Notes: a model not told the origin generated them from the letters alone. A stretch of DNA of 32,887 bases from Deltaproteobacteria bacterium (GCA_016218095.1 JACREV010000004.1:1-32887); one strand, 5' to 3'; positions 8,980 through 16,517 are shown, counted from the stretch's first letter. Made by a program: numbers and translations.

Positions 8980-9591
8980 CTATCCCTTAAACTTCCTCCT
9001 CACAAAGCCGAGCCCTACAAGGCCGCTTCCAAGGAGAAGCATCGTGGAGGGTTCGGGAACGGAAGCGGTGTCATTGAAGGTAAAGTTATCCCAATAGACG
9101 CTGTTGTTATTCACACCTACGCCATAGAACTCAACCCAGGCGATAGATGCCGACCCTGTTGAGACGCTGAGGGTATTGCCGGCATAAGAAGACGCGGGGT
9201 TGTAAAAGAAGGCTGAATCGACAAGGGTGTTAAACGAATCGTAGGCATAAAGATACAGGTTGTCTGCATCCGCGTCATAATCTCCTATAGTGACGCTTAC
9301 GTAATCCGTCAGCGATGATAGGGTAGCGATCGTGCTGTTGCCAGCGGTATTAAACGGAAAATTTAACACCGCCTGACCGGAAAAATCAGGGTCCAAGGAA
9401 ACGGTTTGAATTTGAAAATCACTGCCGCCAGTGTTGTCGAAGGTTACGCCAAGGAAGTTGGTGTTGAAAGCCGCCTCCGTATAATTACCGCTGGCCAAGC
9501 TGTTGAAATCATAGGTTATAAGCGTCGCCTCAGCATTTGCCGCAAAGGATACTACTCCAATGCTGAGCAAAATCATTAGTGCTCTTTTCAT
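8980..9591 (-). CDS. PEP-CTERM sorting-domain secreted protein
   Basis: N-terminal signal peptide. C-terminus VPEPSTMLLLGSGLVGLGFVRRKFKG is a canonical PEP-CTERM motif plus TM plus basic tail. AGGAGG Shine-Dalgarno. Codon usage looks AT-richer than in the neighbours. Confidence 0.88.
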   Translation of the reverse strand: MKRALMILLSIGVVSFAANAEATLITYDFNSLASGNYTEAAFNTNFLGVTFDNTGGSDFQIQTVSLDPDFSGQAVLNFPFNTAGNSTIATLSSLTDYVSVTIGDYDADADNLYLYAYDSFNTLVDSAFFYNPASSYAGNTLSVSTGSASIAWVEFYGVGVNNNSVYWDNFTFNDTASVPEPSTMLLLGSGLVGLGFVRRKFKG

Positions 9592-9840
9592 GATTCGCCT
9601 CCTGTCCGGGTTTTATCACTAAATAAAAGCAAATCACGTGCCAAAAAAACTAAGTATGTAATTTTCTTCAAGTATCAAAAATGATAAAACAGATAAATGT
9701 AAAAAAACTTGACACCTTCTTTTTAAAAAAAAGGAGGCTACCGCATTATCCCCTTATAATTCAACACATTAGGTAATAGCTGAAGAGTGTAAAAAAATCG
9801 TTAAATTTTTATAGCTCTCCGAGGCTCAATCTGCCCCTGC

Positions 9841-9915
9841 CATACATGCGGCAAATCCGAAGGAGAAGGCGAAGACAATCGAGAGTATGGCAAGGATGAT
9901 GGTCGAGGGCTTCAT
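9841..9915 (-). pseudogene. Duplicated 5' fragment of cstA (first ~25 codons, then out of context with a stop)
   Basis: The minus strand reads ATG AAG CCC TCG ACC ATC ATC = MKPSTIILAILSIVFAFSFGF.., matching the cstA N-terminus at 8525. The upstream ~55 nt (9916-9970) also matches 8526-8581. Confidence 0.75.
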
Positions 9916-10010
9916 AAGGAGCTAAATAGTATAAGGTAAAGAGAGGCGGGGTGTCGATAAAGGAAGGCCCTCACGGCATTAAGCCCGCAAAAACAGACTT
10001 GAAATTACGA

Positions 10011-10090
10011 CCCCTCCCAACCTCCCCTTGTAAAAAGGGGAGGAGTTATAAAGCTCCCCTCCTTGACAAGGAGGGGCCAGGGGAGGTCGC
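10011..10090. repeat. Two CCCCTCC-type GC hairpins plus a GGGGAGGT tail (short REP-like family)
   Basis: CCTCCCCTT/AAGGGGAGG (10021-10043) and CCCCTCCTT/AAGGAGGGG (10056-10076). The same family occurs near 13013, 16410 and 20782. Confidence 0.65.
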
Positions 10091-10092
10091 TC

Positions 10093-10210
10093 TTTTGCCG
10101 ATTCAGGTTTGTAAGGTTTGCAAACCCATTAATTCGTAACCCTAACCGCGTTTGTATCGGCTGTTTGAATCTTCTGCCCAAAGCCCTATTGCGCGCTCCG
10201 CGCGCTTTCG
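10093..10210 (+). repeat. Interspersed element, copy 2 (degenerate head, truncated after the GCGCGC core)
   Basis: It shares ACCCATTAATTCGTAACC and CGCGTTTGTATCGGCTGTTTGAATCTTCTGCC..TTGCGCGCTCCGCGCGCTTT. This variable segment is closest to copy 1. Confidence 0.7.
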
Positions 10211-10221
10211 AACAAAAGCTT

Positions 10222-10392
10222 GTCATTGCGAGCGGAGCGAAGCAATCTCATCTTTTGACCCATGCGCAAGAGATTGCTTCGTCGCTTGCGCTTGGCGCGC
10301 GGCCAAAGCCAAATCAATGCCCGTGGACTTTTCGGGGCACAGCCGCTTGACACCGATTAGCTGGTCCGGCGCGGACCGCTCCTCGCAATGAC
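10222..10392. repeat. Composite palindromic element of the GTCATTGCGAG...CTCGCAATGAC type
   Basis: Outer inverted repeat GTCATTGCGAG (10222-10232) / CTCGCAATGAC (10382-10392). Inner perfect 12-bp inverted repeat CGAAGCAATCTC (10238-10249) / GAGATTGCTTCG (10270-10281). Confidence 0.65.
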
Positions 10393-10414
10393 AGCACGGT
10401 TTTTTCATCGTTTC

Positions 10415-10687
10415 TGCGGGTTCAGGCTTGTAACCTGAACCCATTAATTCGTAATCCGAACATACTGTATGGGTTATTCGCATCTTTTGCCCAAAGCCGT
10501 TTTGCGCGCTCCGCGCGCTTTTGGCGATGGCTCCGAGCGCTTTCTCCCTCTACCCCCCGCTCGCGCGCCCCTTGCGCGCTCATTTCCCAGTTGTTTGCGC
10601 GCCGAGCGCAAGCGTCTAATCTCCCCCGGCGCGCTCGCCTCCCCTCCCTTAGGCGCTTTCCGCCATGCGCCTGTGTTTGTAAAAACC
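10415..10687 (+). repeat. Interspersed ~270-nt element, copy 3 (longest copy)
   Basis: Head GGGTTCAGGCTTGTAACCTGAACCCATTAATTCGTAA, plus the core and tail as in copies 1 and 4. It has a ~65-nt internal segment that copy 4 lacks. Confidence 0.8.
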
Positions 10688-10736
10688 AAAAAAAAATTAT
10701 TAGAGGATTAGTATGGTAGGGTGCGCGCAACGCACC

Positions 10737-11222
10737 CTATACGGCTTTGACGCCCCACCAATTCGTGGTTTCGGTCTTAAACACGAAGCTCTTAATCTCC
10801 GGATCTTTGGAGTACCTTTCGACATACGATTTATTCATCTTCCATCCAGACGCCAACTTCCTATTCGGAAATAGTTCGAGCAGATGGTCCATTGACAAAA
10901 TATAGCCTCTAATAATGTTTCCTGCATCTACGACTATGGCGAAATAAGGGACCACGCCGAAAGCCTTACATGCGGCCTCAGCTTTGGTGAAGTTATCGTT
11001 CGGAATGGTGATGTATTCTTCTTCAGCGCCTTCGCTTCGACTTCGACTTTTTACCGAGATGCCCATCACTTCATTTGTATTGGGATTCCGAGCAATTATA
11101 TCGATTCCGGTATGGTCAACAAAAGCACACTCGAAGCCATATTTCGAGAGCCAATAGAGAATCATGGCTTCTCCAAATTCACCAGCTATTCTCGAATGCC
11201 GCGTGCTCTTATTTATTTTCAT
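10737..11222 (-). CDS. PD-(D/E)xK (Hjc/YraN-like) endonuclease-fold protein, orphan
   Basis: GEFGEAMILYWLSKYGF...DHTGIDIIA...GISVKSR fits the G..E..L..G / D-I-I-A / x-V-K restriction-endonuclease-like core. ATG start. AT-richer codon usage. Hairpin TAGGGTGCG/CGCACCCTA overlaps the stop codon. Confidence 0.6.
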   Translation of the reverse strand: MKINKSTRHSRIAGEFGEAMILYWLSKYGFECAFVDHTGIDIIARNPNTNEVMGISVKSRSRSEGAEEEYITIPNDNFTKAEAACKAFGVVPYFAIVVDAGNIIRGYILSMDHLLELFPNRKLASGWKMNKSYVERYSKDPEIKSFVFKTETTNWWGVKAV

Positions 11223-11261
11223 TTCGTCATTTTGTACGATGGGCTCCGCCCATCAATCCCC

Positions 11262-11441
11262 CTACTTCTCCTCGTCCCTTATCCAGTCCACGGGCTTGCC
11301 GGACAGATACTTCTCCGGGTCGCGCTCGAACCTCTCCTTGCAACCCTCACCGCAGAAGTAGTAAGTCGTGCCCTTGTATTCATACCTGGAAGGGGCCTTT
11401 TCCTCGGAGAGCTTCATCCCGCAGACCGGGTCTTTTGTCAT
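11262..11441 (-). CDS. YHS/TRASH-type small metal-binding domain protein (59 aa)
   Basis: MTKDPVCGMKL....YEYKGTTYYFCGEGCKERFERDPEKY is the classic YHS pattern. Its ATG overlaps the tldD stop (ATGA). Confidence 0.8.
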   Translation of the reverse strand: MTKDPVCGMKLSEEKAPSRYEYKGTTYYFCGEGCKERFERDPEKYLSGKPVDWIRDEEK

Positions 11442-12850
11442 ATCTCCCTCTTTGAAAGGACCGCCCCTTTGACGTCCCCGCCGACGGTTATCTCCGGGAT
11501 GCGTAGAGTCGGCTGTGCGTCGGATACCGGCACGCCCTGCGCGTCCTTGCCGCAGGTGCCGATGCTGAAGCCCAAGTCGCTCCCCACCATGTCTATGTTC
11601 ATGAGGACTTCGGGGCCGTTGCCCGTAAGCGTCGCTCCCCTGACCATCTCTCCTATCTTTCCCTTCTCGATAAGATAGCCCTCTGTCACCTCGAATACGA
11701 AGTCGCCGTTTACGGTATTGACCTGGCCGCCGCCCATCTTTTTGACGAACAACCCCTTGTCGAGCGACCTTATGATGGCCTCCGGGTCGTCCTTGCCCGG
11801 CGCGATGAGCGTGTTCGTCATGCGCGGGATGGGCCTGTGGTGATAGGACTCTCTCCTTCCGTTCCCCGTAGGCTTGTGTCCGCTCTTCATGGAGTTCAAT
11901 CTGTCGCACATGTAGCTCTTCAGGACACCATTCTCGACGAGCACGGTCTTTTCCGCCCGCACGCCCTCGTCGTCAAAGAAGAACGACCCCCTCTTGTAAG
12001 GGATGGTAGCGTCGTCGAGGACGGTTATGATCGGGGCGGCTACCTTCTCGCCGATCTTGCCGGAATAGACGGAGAGGTTCTGTTGCGCGAGGTCGGCCTC
12101 CAACCCGTGGCCCACGGCCTCGTGTATCATCGTGCCGCCTGCGTCGGATGAGAGTATCACGCCCATCCTGCCTCCGGGGGCCCTGCGCGCCTTGAGCATC
12201 GAGAGCGCCCTCTTTGCGGCGGTCCGTGCTACGGTCTCCGGCGGGGTCTCGTCGAACGCCTCTATCCCGAACGCGCCGCCGAGCGGCTCGTAGCCGGTCT
12301 GGACGACGTCGCCTTCCTTCGATACCGCGTTGCACAAAAATATGAGCCCTACCCGTTCTTCTTCCACCCACTCGCCGAGCGAGTTCACGACCGCCAGCCT
12401 CTTGAAGCCGTCGCCGTAGACGACCCTCACCTGGACTATCCTCTTGTCCGTCTTCCAGGCGGTGTCCATCGCGCGGTTCACAAGAGAGACCTTCTCTTTC
12501 AAATCGGTCTGTATCGGGAGCTTCTTTATGTCGAAGCCCGGGGCCTTCTCCTTCTTTACGAGGCCTATGTCGCCGGCCTCTTTCCCATCACGCACGCCGT
12601 TGGCGACCGTCCTCGCGACCTCAAGGAGCCCCTTCTCTGTCAGGTCGTTCGTGTAGGCGTAATAGGTCTTGAGGTTGGCGATGACCCGGACTCCGCACCC
12701 CCTGTCGCGGCCCGTTATGACCTTCTCTATCCTGCCCTCCTCAGAGACTATGGAGGTGTTATAGGTGTCCTCGACGTAGATGTCCGCGAACTCGCCTCCG
12801 TTTTTGAGAGCGGCTTTAAGGACCTTGAACGGCTCGAACGAGTCAATCAT
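11438..12850 (-). CDS. tldD: TldD-family metalloprotease
   Basis: 470 aa with HEAVGHGLEADL zinc-binding motif and a C-terminal GGQV....G.F pattern. AAGGAG Shine-Dalgarno. Confidence 0.9.
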   Translation of the reverse strand: MIDSFEPFKVLKAALKNGGEFADIYVEDTYNTSIVSEEGRIEKVITGRDRGCGVRVIANLKTYYAYTNDLTEKGLLEVARTVANGVRDGKEAGDIGLVKKEKAPGFDIKKLPIQTDLKEKVSLVNRAMDTAWKTDKRIVQVRVVYGDGFKRLAVVNSLGEWVEEERVGLIFLCNAVSKEGDVVQTGYEPLGGAFGIEAFDETPPETVARTAAKRALSMLKARRAPGGRMGVILSSDAGGTMIHEAVGHGLEADLAQQNLSVYSGKIGEKVAAPIITVLDDATIPYKRGSFFFDDEGVRAEKTVLVENGVLKSYMCDRLNSMKSGHKPTGNGRRESYHHRPIPRMTNTLIAPGKDDPEAIIRSLDKGLFVKKMGGGQVNTVNGDFVFEVTEGYLIEKGKIGEMVRGATLTGNGPEVLMNIDMVGSDLGFSIGTCGKDAQGVPVSDAQPTLRIPEITVGGDVKGAVLSKREI

Positions 12851-12963
12851 TTATCCTGTATCTCCTTTAGGAATCTTTATTGTCGAACAGATTTGCTGGA
12901 AAGGCGGAACAATAAGAGAGAGCTTTCGGCCCCTCCCTTTGCAAGAGAACTTTGTATAGACGC

Positions 12964-13058
12964 TGGATTCCCGCTTTAAGCGCGCGGGAATGACGGCATA
13001 ACAGAGGGGCATGGGGAGGTCCGTTTAATCTCCCCCCGCCCCTCTTTAGAAAAGAGGG
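12964..13058. repeat. Cluster of short palindromic units: a GGATTCCCGC..GCGGGAATGAC unit plus GGGGAG/CTCCCC and CCCTCTTT/AAAGAGGG hairpins
   Basis: Stems at 12967-12974/12984-12991, 13013-13018/13030-13035 and 13040-13047/13051-13058. The families recur elsewhere in the window. Confidence 0.6.
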
Positions 13059-13105
13059 ATAAAGAAGAAACCTTCAAAACGCCTCTCATCGCCAGATACT
13101 CTCCC

Positions 13106-13297
13106 CTACTCCGCGCCCCTCGGCTTTCGCACCTTTTGCTCGAACCTCTGGCACGGCAGGCCCGACGAGTTGAAGACCACGGCAGAGGGGACCTCCCGGC
13201 TCTTGAAGCCGAGCGCCTTGCACCCCCTCGGGAAGAACTCGTCCCAGGTGATGTAAAAGAACTTGCACTTGAAGCAGTCTACCTTCAGAACGGCCAT
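13106..13297 (-). CDS. Small Cys-rich hypothetical protein (63 aa)
   Basis: MAVLKVDCFKCKFFYITWDEFFPRGCKALGFKS....SGLPCQRFEQK has a CxxC plus two more Cys. It starts 13 nt after the upstream gene's stop. The family is recognisable only vaguely. Confidence 0.55.
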   Translation of the reverse strand: MAVLKVDCFKCKFFYITWDEFFPRGCKALGFKSREVPSAVVFNSSGLPCQRFEQKVRKPRGAE

Positions 13298-13309
13298 CTT
13301 TGATATCCG

Positions 13310-14170
13310 TCAAACCGTTTTTGGGCCAGTCTCTTCCGGGGGCTCGAAGCCACGGTATTTAAGCAGCTCGTAGAGCTCCGCCCTTGTCTGGAGCTTATCG
13401 AGCATGCCTTCCTGAGTCCCCTTATCCCTTATCTCAAGAAGCGCGTTCTCAATAGCCTTCATCGCGGCGCGAAACGCCGTCATCGGGAATATAACGATAG
13501 AATAACCCATCTCCTTGAATTCATCCACAGTGAAATATGGGGTCCTGCCGAACTCGGTCATGTTGGCCATGAGCGGAGCGCGGACCTCGCTCGCGTAGTA
13601 TTCGAACTCGTCCCTTGTGGTGAGCGCCTCCGGGAATATGATATCGGCCCCGGCCTCCGCGTATAAACGTCCCCGCTCTATCGCCGCCTCTATGCCTTCG
13701 ATCGCGTAGGAGTCGGTCCTCGCTATGATGAGGAACTCTTCGTCCTTCCTCGCCTTGACCCCAGCCTCTATCTTTGCCGCGAACTCCTCAGGCGTAACGA
13801 CCTCTTTGCCCGGCAGATGTCCGCACCTCTTCGGGTATCTCTGGTCCTCTATTTGAACGGCCCTTGCGCCGAGCTCTTCAAATAAGGCCACCGTGCCGCC
13901 TGTCTCCTCAGGACCTCCGAAGCCCGTGTCGCAGTCGACTATAGCAGGGATATCGACCGCCCTTATCATATACGAAGCCAGGCGCGCCACCTCGTCCCTC
14001 GGGAGCAACCCGGCGTCCGGGAGGCCATTTGAGTTTGATACACCTGCGCCCGAGACATAAAACGCCTTGAAGCCCGCCTTCTCGACGAGCATTGCCGAGG
14101 CCGCGTCGAACGCGCCCGGTACGACGAGTGCCTCGCCCTTCCTGATAAGCCCCTTAAGACCTCCGGCCAA
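13310..14170 (-). CDS. Isocitrate lyase/PEP mutase family enzyme (methylisocitrate lyase / 2,3-dimethylmalate lyase / carboxy-PEP mutase-like)
   Basis: Motifs VPGAFDA, DCDTGFGG, KRCGHLPGKEVV and IIARTD. TTG start with AGGAGG Shine-Dalgarno. Confidence 0.85.
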   Translation of the reverse strand: MAGGLKGLIRKGEALVVPGAFDAASAMLVEKAGFKAFYVSGAGVSNSNGLPDAGLLPRDEVARLASYMIRAVDIPAIVDCDTGFGGPEETGGTVALFEELGARAVQIEDQRYPKRCGHLPGKEVVTPEEFAAKIEAGVKARKDEEFLIIARTDSYAIEGIEAAIERGRLYAEAGADIIFPEALTTRDEFEYYASEVRAPLMANMTEFGRTPYFTVDEFKEMGYSIVIFPMTAFRAAMKAIENALLEIRDKGTQEGMLDKLQTRAELYELLKYRGFEPPEETGPKTV

Positions 14171-14179
14171 CCGAGCCTC

Positions 14180-15526
14180 CTATTCCCATCTTAAAAGCCC
14201 CCTTATATCAGAGGCCTTTTCAATATTCCAGAGCGCATCTAACGCCCGCTCCATGCTCTCGCCTGAAAAGAGCCAGCCGGAAAGGGCCCTGAACTTCTCT
14301 TCGACCTCTCGGTCGGTGAGCGCATCTTTCGGATGGCCCTTGGGATAGATGATCTCACGGGAGATGCGTCTGTCAGAGGCGAGCTTCACTTCTATCCTGT
14401 TCGGGACGGCCTCGGGATAGAGCCTGTCGAGCGCATCGTCTACAGTGACCCTTACCTTTTCCGCGAGCCCCAGTATCCGCGCGTCCTCGAGCTTTTCAGT
14501 GAAAGTGGCGAGGTTCACGGTGCCGTCGGCGAGCGCCGCGGCGACGACGAACGGCAGGCTGTGGTCGGCGGTCTCCCGCGTCTTGGGCCTCCATTTCTCC
14601 GCCCCCGAGATTATCTCATAAGCCGCCCTGAATGTCTTTACCTCGACGGCCTCTATCGCGTCCCCTTCCTCCATCTCGTTGTATATCTCTATCGCCGCGC
14701 CCACGGCGGACTGCGCGTGGTACTCGACGGGGAAATACTTGATGTAGGTGTCGAGTATCCTGAAGTGATCATGTCTCCCCCGAGCAAGGGGCTCGAGCTC
14801 AAAAGGCCCTGAGACGAGCTTCATAAAACCGAACTCGCCCTCGAATATCGGAGAAGGCCCTGTCATGCCGTTCTTCGCGAGCATGGCGGCGAATACCGCC
14901 TCCTTCGAGGCATGTGCGAAGGCCGCGCCCTTCCACATGGAGAGCTCCCCGGCCCTCGTCTGCCTTAAGGCGGGCGAGGTCGTCCCCGCCATGCCGAGCG
15001 CGTGGACCGTCTCTTCTTTTGACAGCCCCATGAGCATCGAGGCGGCAAGGGTAGCCGAGAACGCGCCGTAAGTCACGTGGTCCCAGCCGCGCGCCCTTAA
15101 AGAGGCCGCGTCGCAGAGCCTGCACTGGAGCTCGTATGCCGCAACGATAGCGGTTACCAACTCTTTTCCGTTTCTACCGGCGGCCTCTGCCGCGGAGAGC
15201 GCCGCCGCGATATTGTCTGAGGGGTGCGCGGGCTCCTTCGACAGATAAGTATCGTTGAAGTCGAGGTATCTTATGAGTATGCCGTTTATGAACGCCGCGT
15301 ACTCAGGAGAGGTCGCGCCACCGCCAATGATTGCGGATGACGGCCCGTCTTTTATCGAAGGCGCCACACTCAAGGCGGCCTTCGCGGGCGGGGCCCCGTA
15401 GGCCCCGAGAGCGCAGGCGAAGGAGTCGATCAAGCGCCTTTTCACCTCGCGGACGACCGCGTCGGGGAGGTCCTCGAACTTAAGCGAGCCGTACCCCGCT
15501 ATCTTTTCGGCCAAAGTAATGCTCAT
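14180..15526 (-). CDS. MmgE/PrpD family protein (2-methylcitrate dehydratase-like)
   Basis: 448 aa. N-terminus ..L.F.DLP..V....K..LLD...CALG, and HPSD / WDH..YG motifs typical of PrpD-family proteins. Confidence 0.85.
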   Translation of the reverse strand: MSITLAEKIAGYGSLKFEDLPDAVVREVKRRLIDSFACALGAYGAPPAKAALSVAPSIKDGPSSAIIGGGATSPEYAAFINGILIRYLDFNDTYLSKEPAHPSDNIAAALSAAEAAGRNGKELVTAIVAAYELQCRLCDAASLRARGWDHVTYGAFSATLAASMLMGLSKEETVHALGMAGTTSPALRQTRAGELSMWKGAAFAHASKEAVFAAMLAKNGMTGPSPIFEGEFGFMKLVSGPFELEPLARGRHDHFRILDTYIKYFPVEYHAQSAVGAAIEIYNEMEEGDAIEAVEVKTFRAAYEIISGAEKWRPKTRETADHSLPFVVAAALADGTVNLATFTEKLEDARILGLAEKVRVTVDDALDRLYPEAVPNRIEVKLASDRRISREIIYPKGHPKDALTDREVEEKFRALSGWLFSGESMERALDALWNIEKASDIRGLLRWE

Positions 15527-15669
15527 TAGAAGCGCCTTTCGCGCAAGCTAAATATAACCCATAAGCCGGCCCCCGGCAAGGGAGGCCCCCGCAAGATACA
15601 GTATATCCCAAAATCCCGCTTTTCTTGACAAACGCCCTTATAGGGATATCCTTAAAATCGAAAGGACGC

Positions 15670-16341
15670 ATGGTGATGAGAAACCCCGACCCGTATGAGG
15701 ACAGGAGGGACGCCGGCCGCTCGCTCGCCGAAAAGCTTAAAGCCTACGCCTCCGAACGCCCCGTAGTCGTTGGACTGCCGAGGGGCGGGGTGGTCGTGGC
15801 CGCGGAAGTCGCCCGCGCCCTGAAAGCCGACCTCGACGTGATTATAGCGGGCAAGCTCCGGGCCCCCTATAACCCCGAGCTCGCCATAGGCGCGATAACC
15901 GAGGACGGGCGCGTCTATCTTAACGAGCTCGCCATAAGGGGCCTTCACATCAAGCCGGACTATCTGGAGAAGGAAAAAAAGGCGCGCCTCGCGGCTATTA
16001 CCGAGAGGCTTACCCTGTACCGGAGGATAAAGAAGAAGGTCCCGCTCAACGGCAAGACCGTCATAATAGCCGACGACGGGCTTGCAACCGGCGCTACGAT
16101 GATCTCCGCCATACAGGCCGCCTCAGCCGAGAGGGCCTCGAAGATAATCGTCGCGGTCCCCGGCGGGCCGGAGGACTCGGTTGAGCGGATCCGGGGGATG
16201 AAAGAGGTCTACGATGTGGTCTGCCCGGTCATACCGCCGCTTTTTTTCGCGGTGAGCCAGCTCTACGCGGACTTCAGGCAGGTCGAGGACGAAGAGGTAA
16301 TAGAAATACTCAAGGAGTTTTCAGATGAGCGGAAAGTATGA
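15670..16341 (+). CDS. Phosphoribosyltransferase-family protein
   Basis: DRRDAGRSLAEKL N-terminus, GLPRGGVVVAAEVA, and PRPP motif VIIADDGLATGATM. ATG at 15670 preceded by AAAGGA. Confidence 0.8.
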   Translation: MVMRNPDPYEDRRDAGRSLAEKLKAYASERPVVVGLPRGGVVVAAEVARALKADLDVIIAGKLRAPYNPELAIGAITEDGRVYLNELAIRGLHIKPDYLEKEKKARLAAITERLTLYRRIKKKVPLNGKTVIIADDGLATGATMISAIQAASAERASKIIVAVPGGPEDSVERIRGMKEVYDVVCPVIPPLFFAVSQLYADFRQVEDEEVIEILKEFSDERKV

Positions 16342-16409
16342 TTCGAGACCGAGGGTCTTTCACCCGAAGATACGGGGGTCGAAGAACAGGGATTGAGCCC
16401 GGATTTGAA

Positions 16410-16499
16410 CCCCTCTTTTTTAAAGAGGGGTTTGGGGAGATTATTTTAATACCGTCGATTGATAATCCCCCTGAATCCTCCTTTAGAAAAGGGGGAGAT
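16410..16499. repeat. CCCCTC-type hairpin repeats between convergent genes
   Basis: CCCCTCTTT/AAAGAGGGG (16410-16430) followed by TTTGGGGAGAT. A second imperfect unit TCCTCCTTT/AAAGGGGGA lies at 16476-16496. Confidence 0.6.
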
Positions 16500-16517
16500 G
16501 CCTTTTACGGCCCCCTG

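Noticed and set aside
8606-10697. CRISPR array
   Set aside because: The repeat units are ~120-270 nt, irregularly spaced, diverged and internally structured. There are no short regular repeat-spacer periodicity and no cas genes.
11442-11909. Upstream 156 codons of the 215-aa ORF 11262-11909
   Set aside because: This part lies entirely within tldD in another frame and is Arg/Gly-rich. Only the last 59 codons (YHS domain, ATG overlapping the tldD stop) look real.
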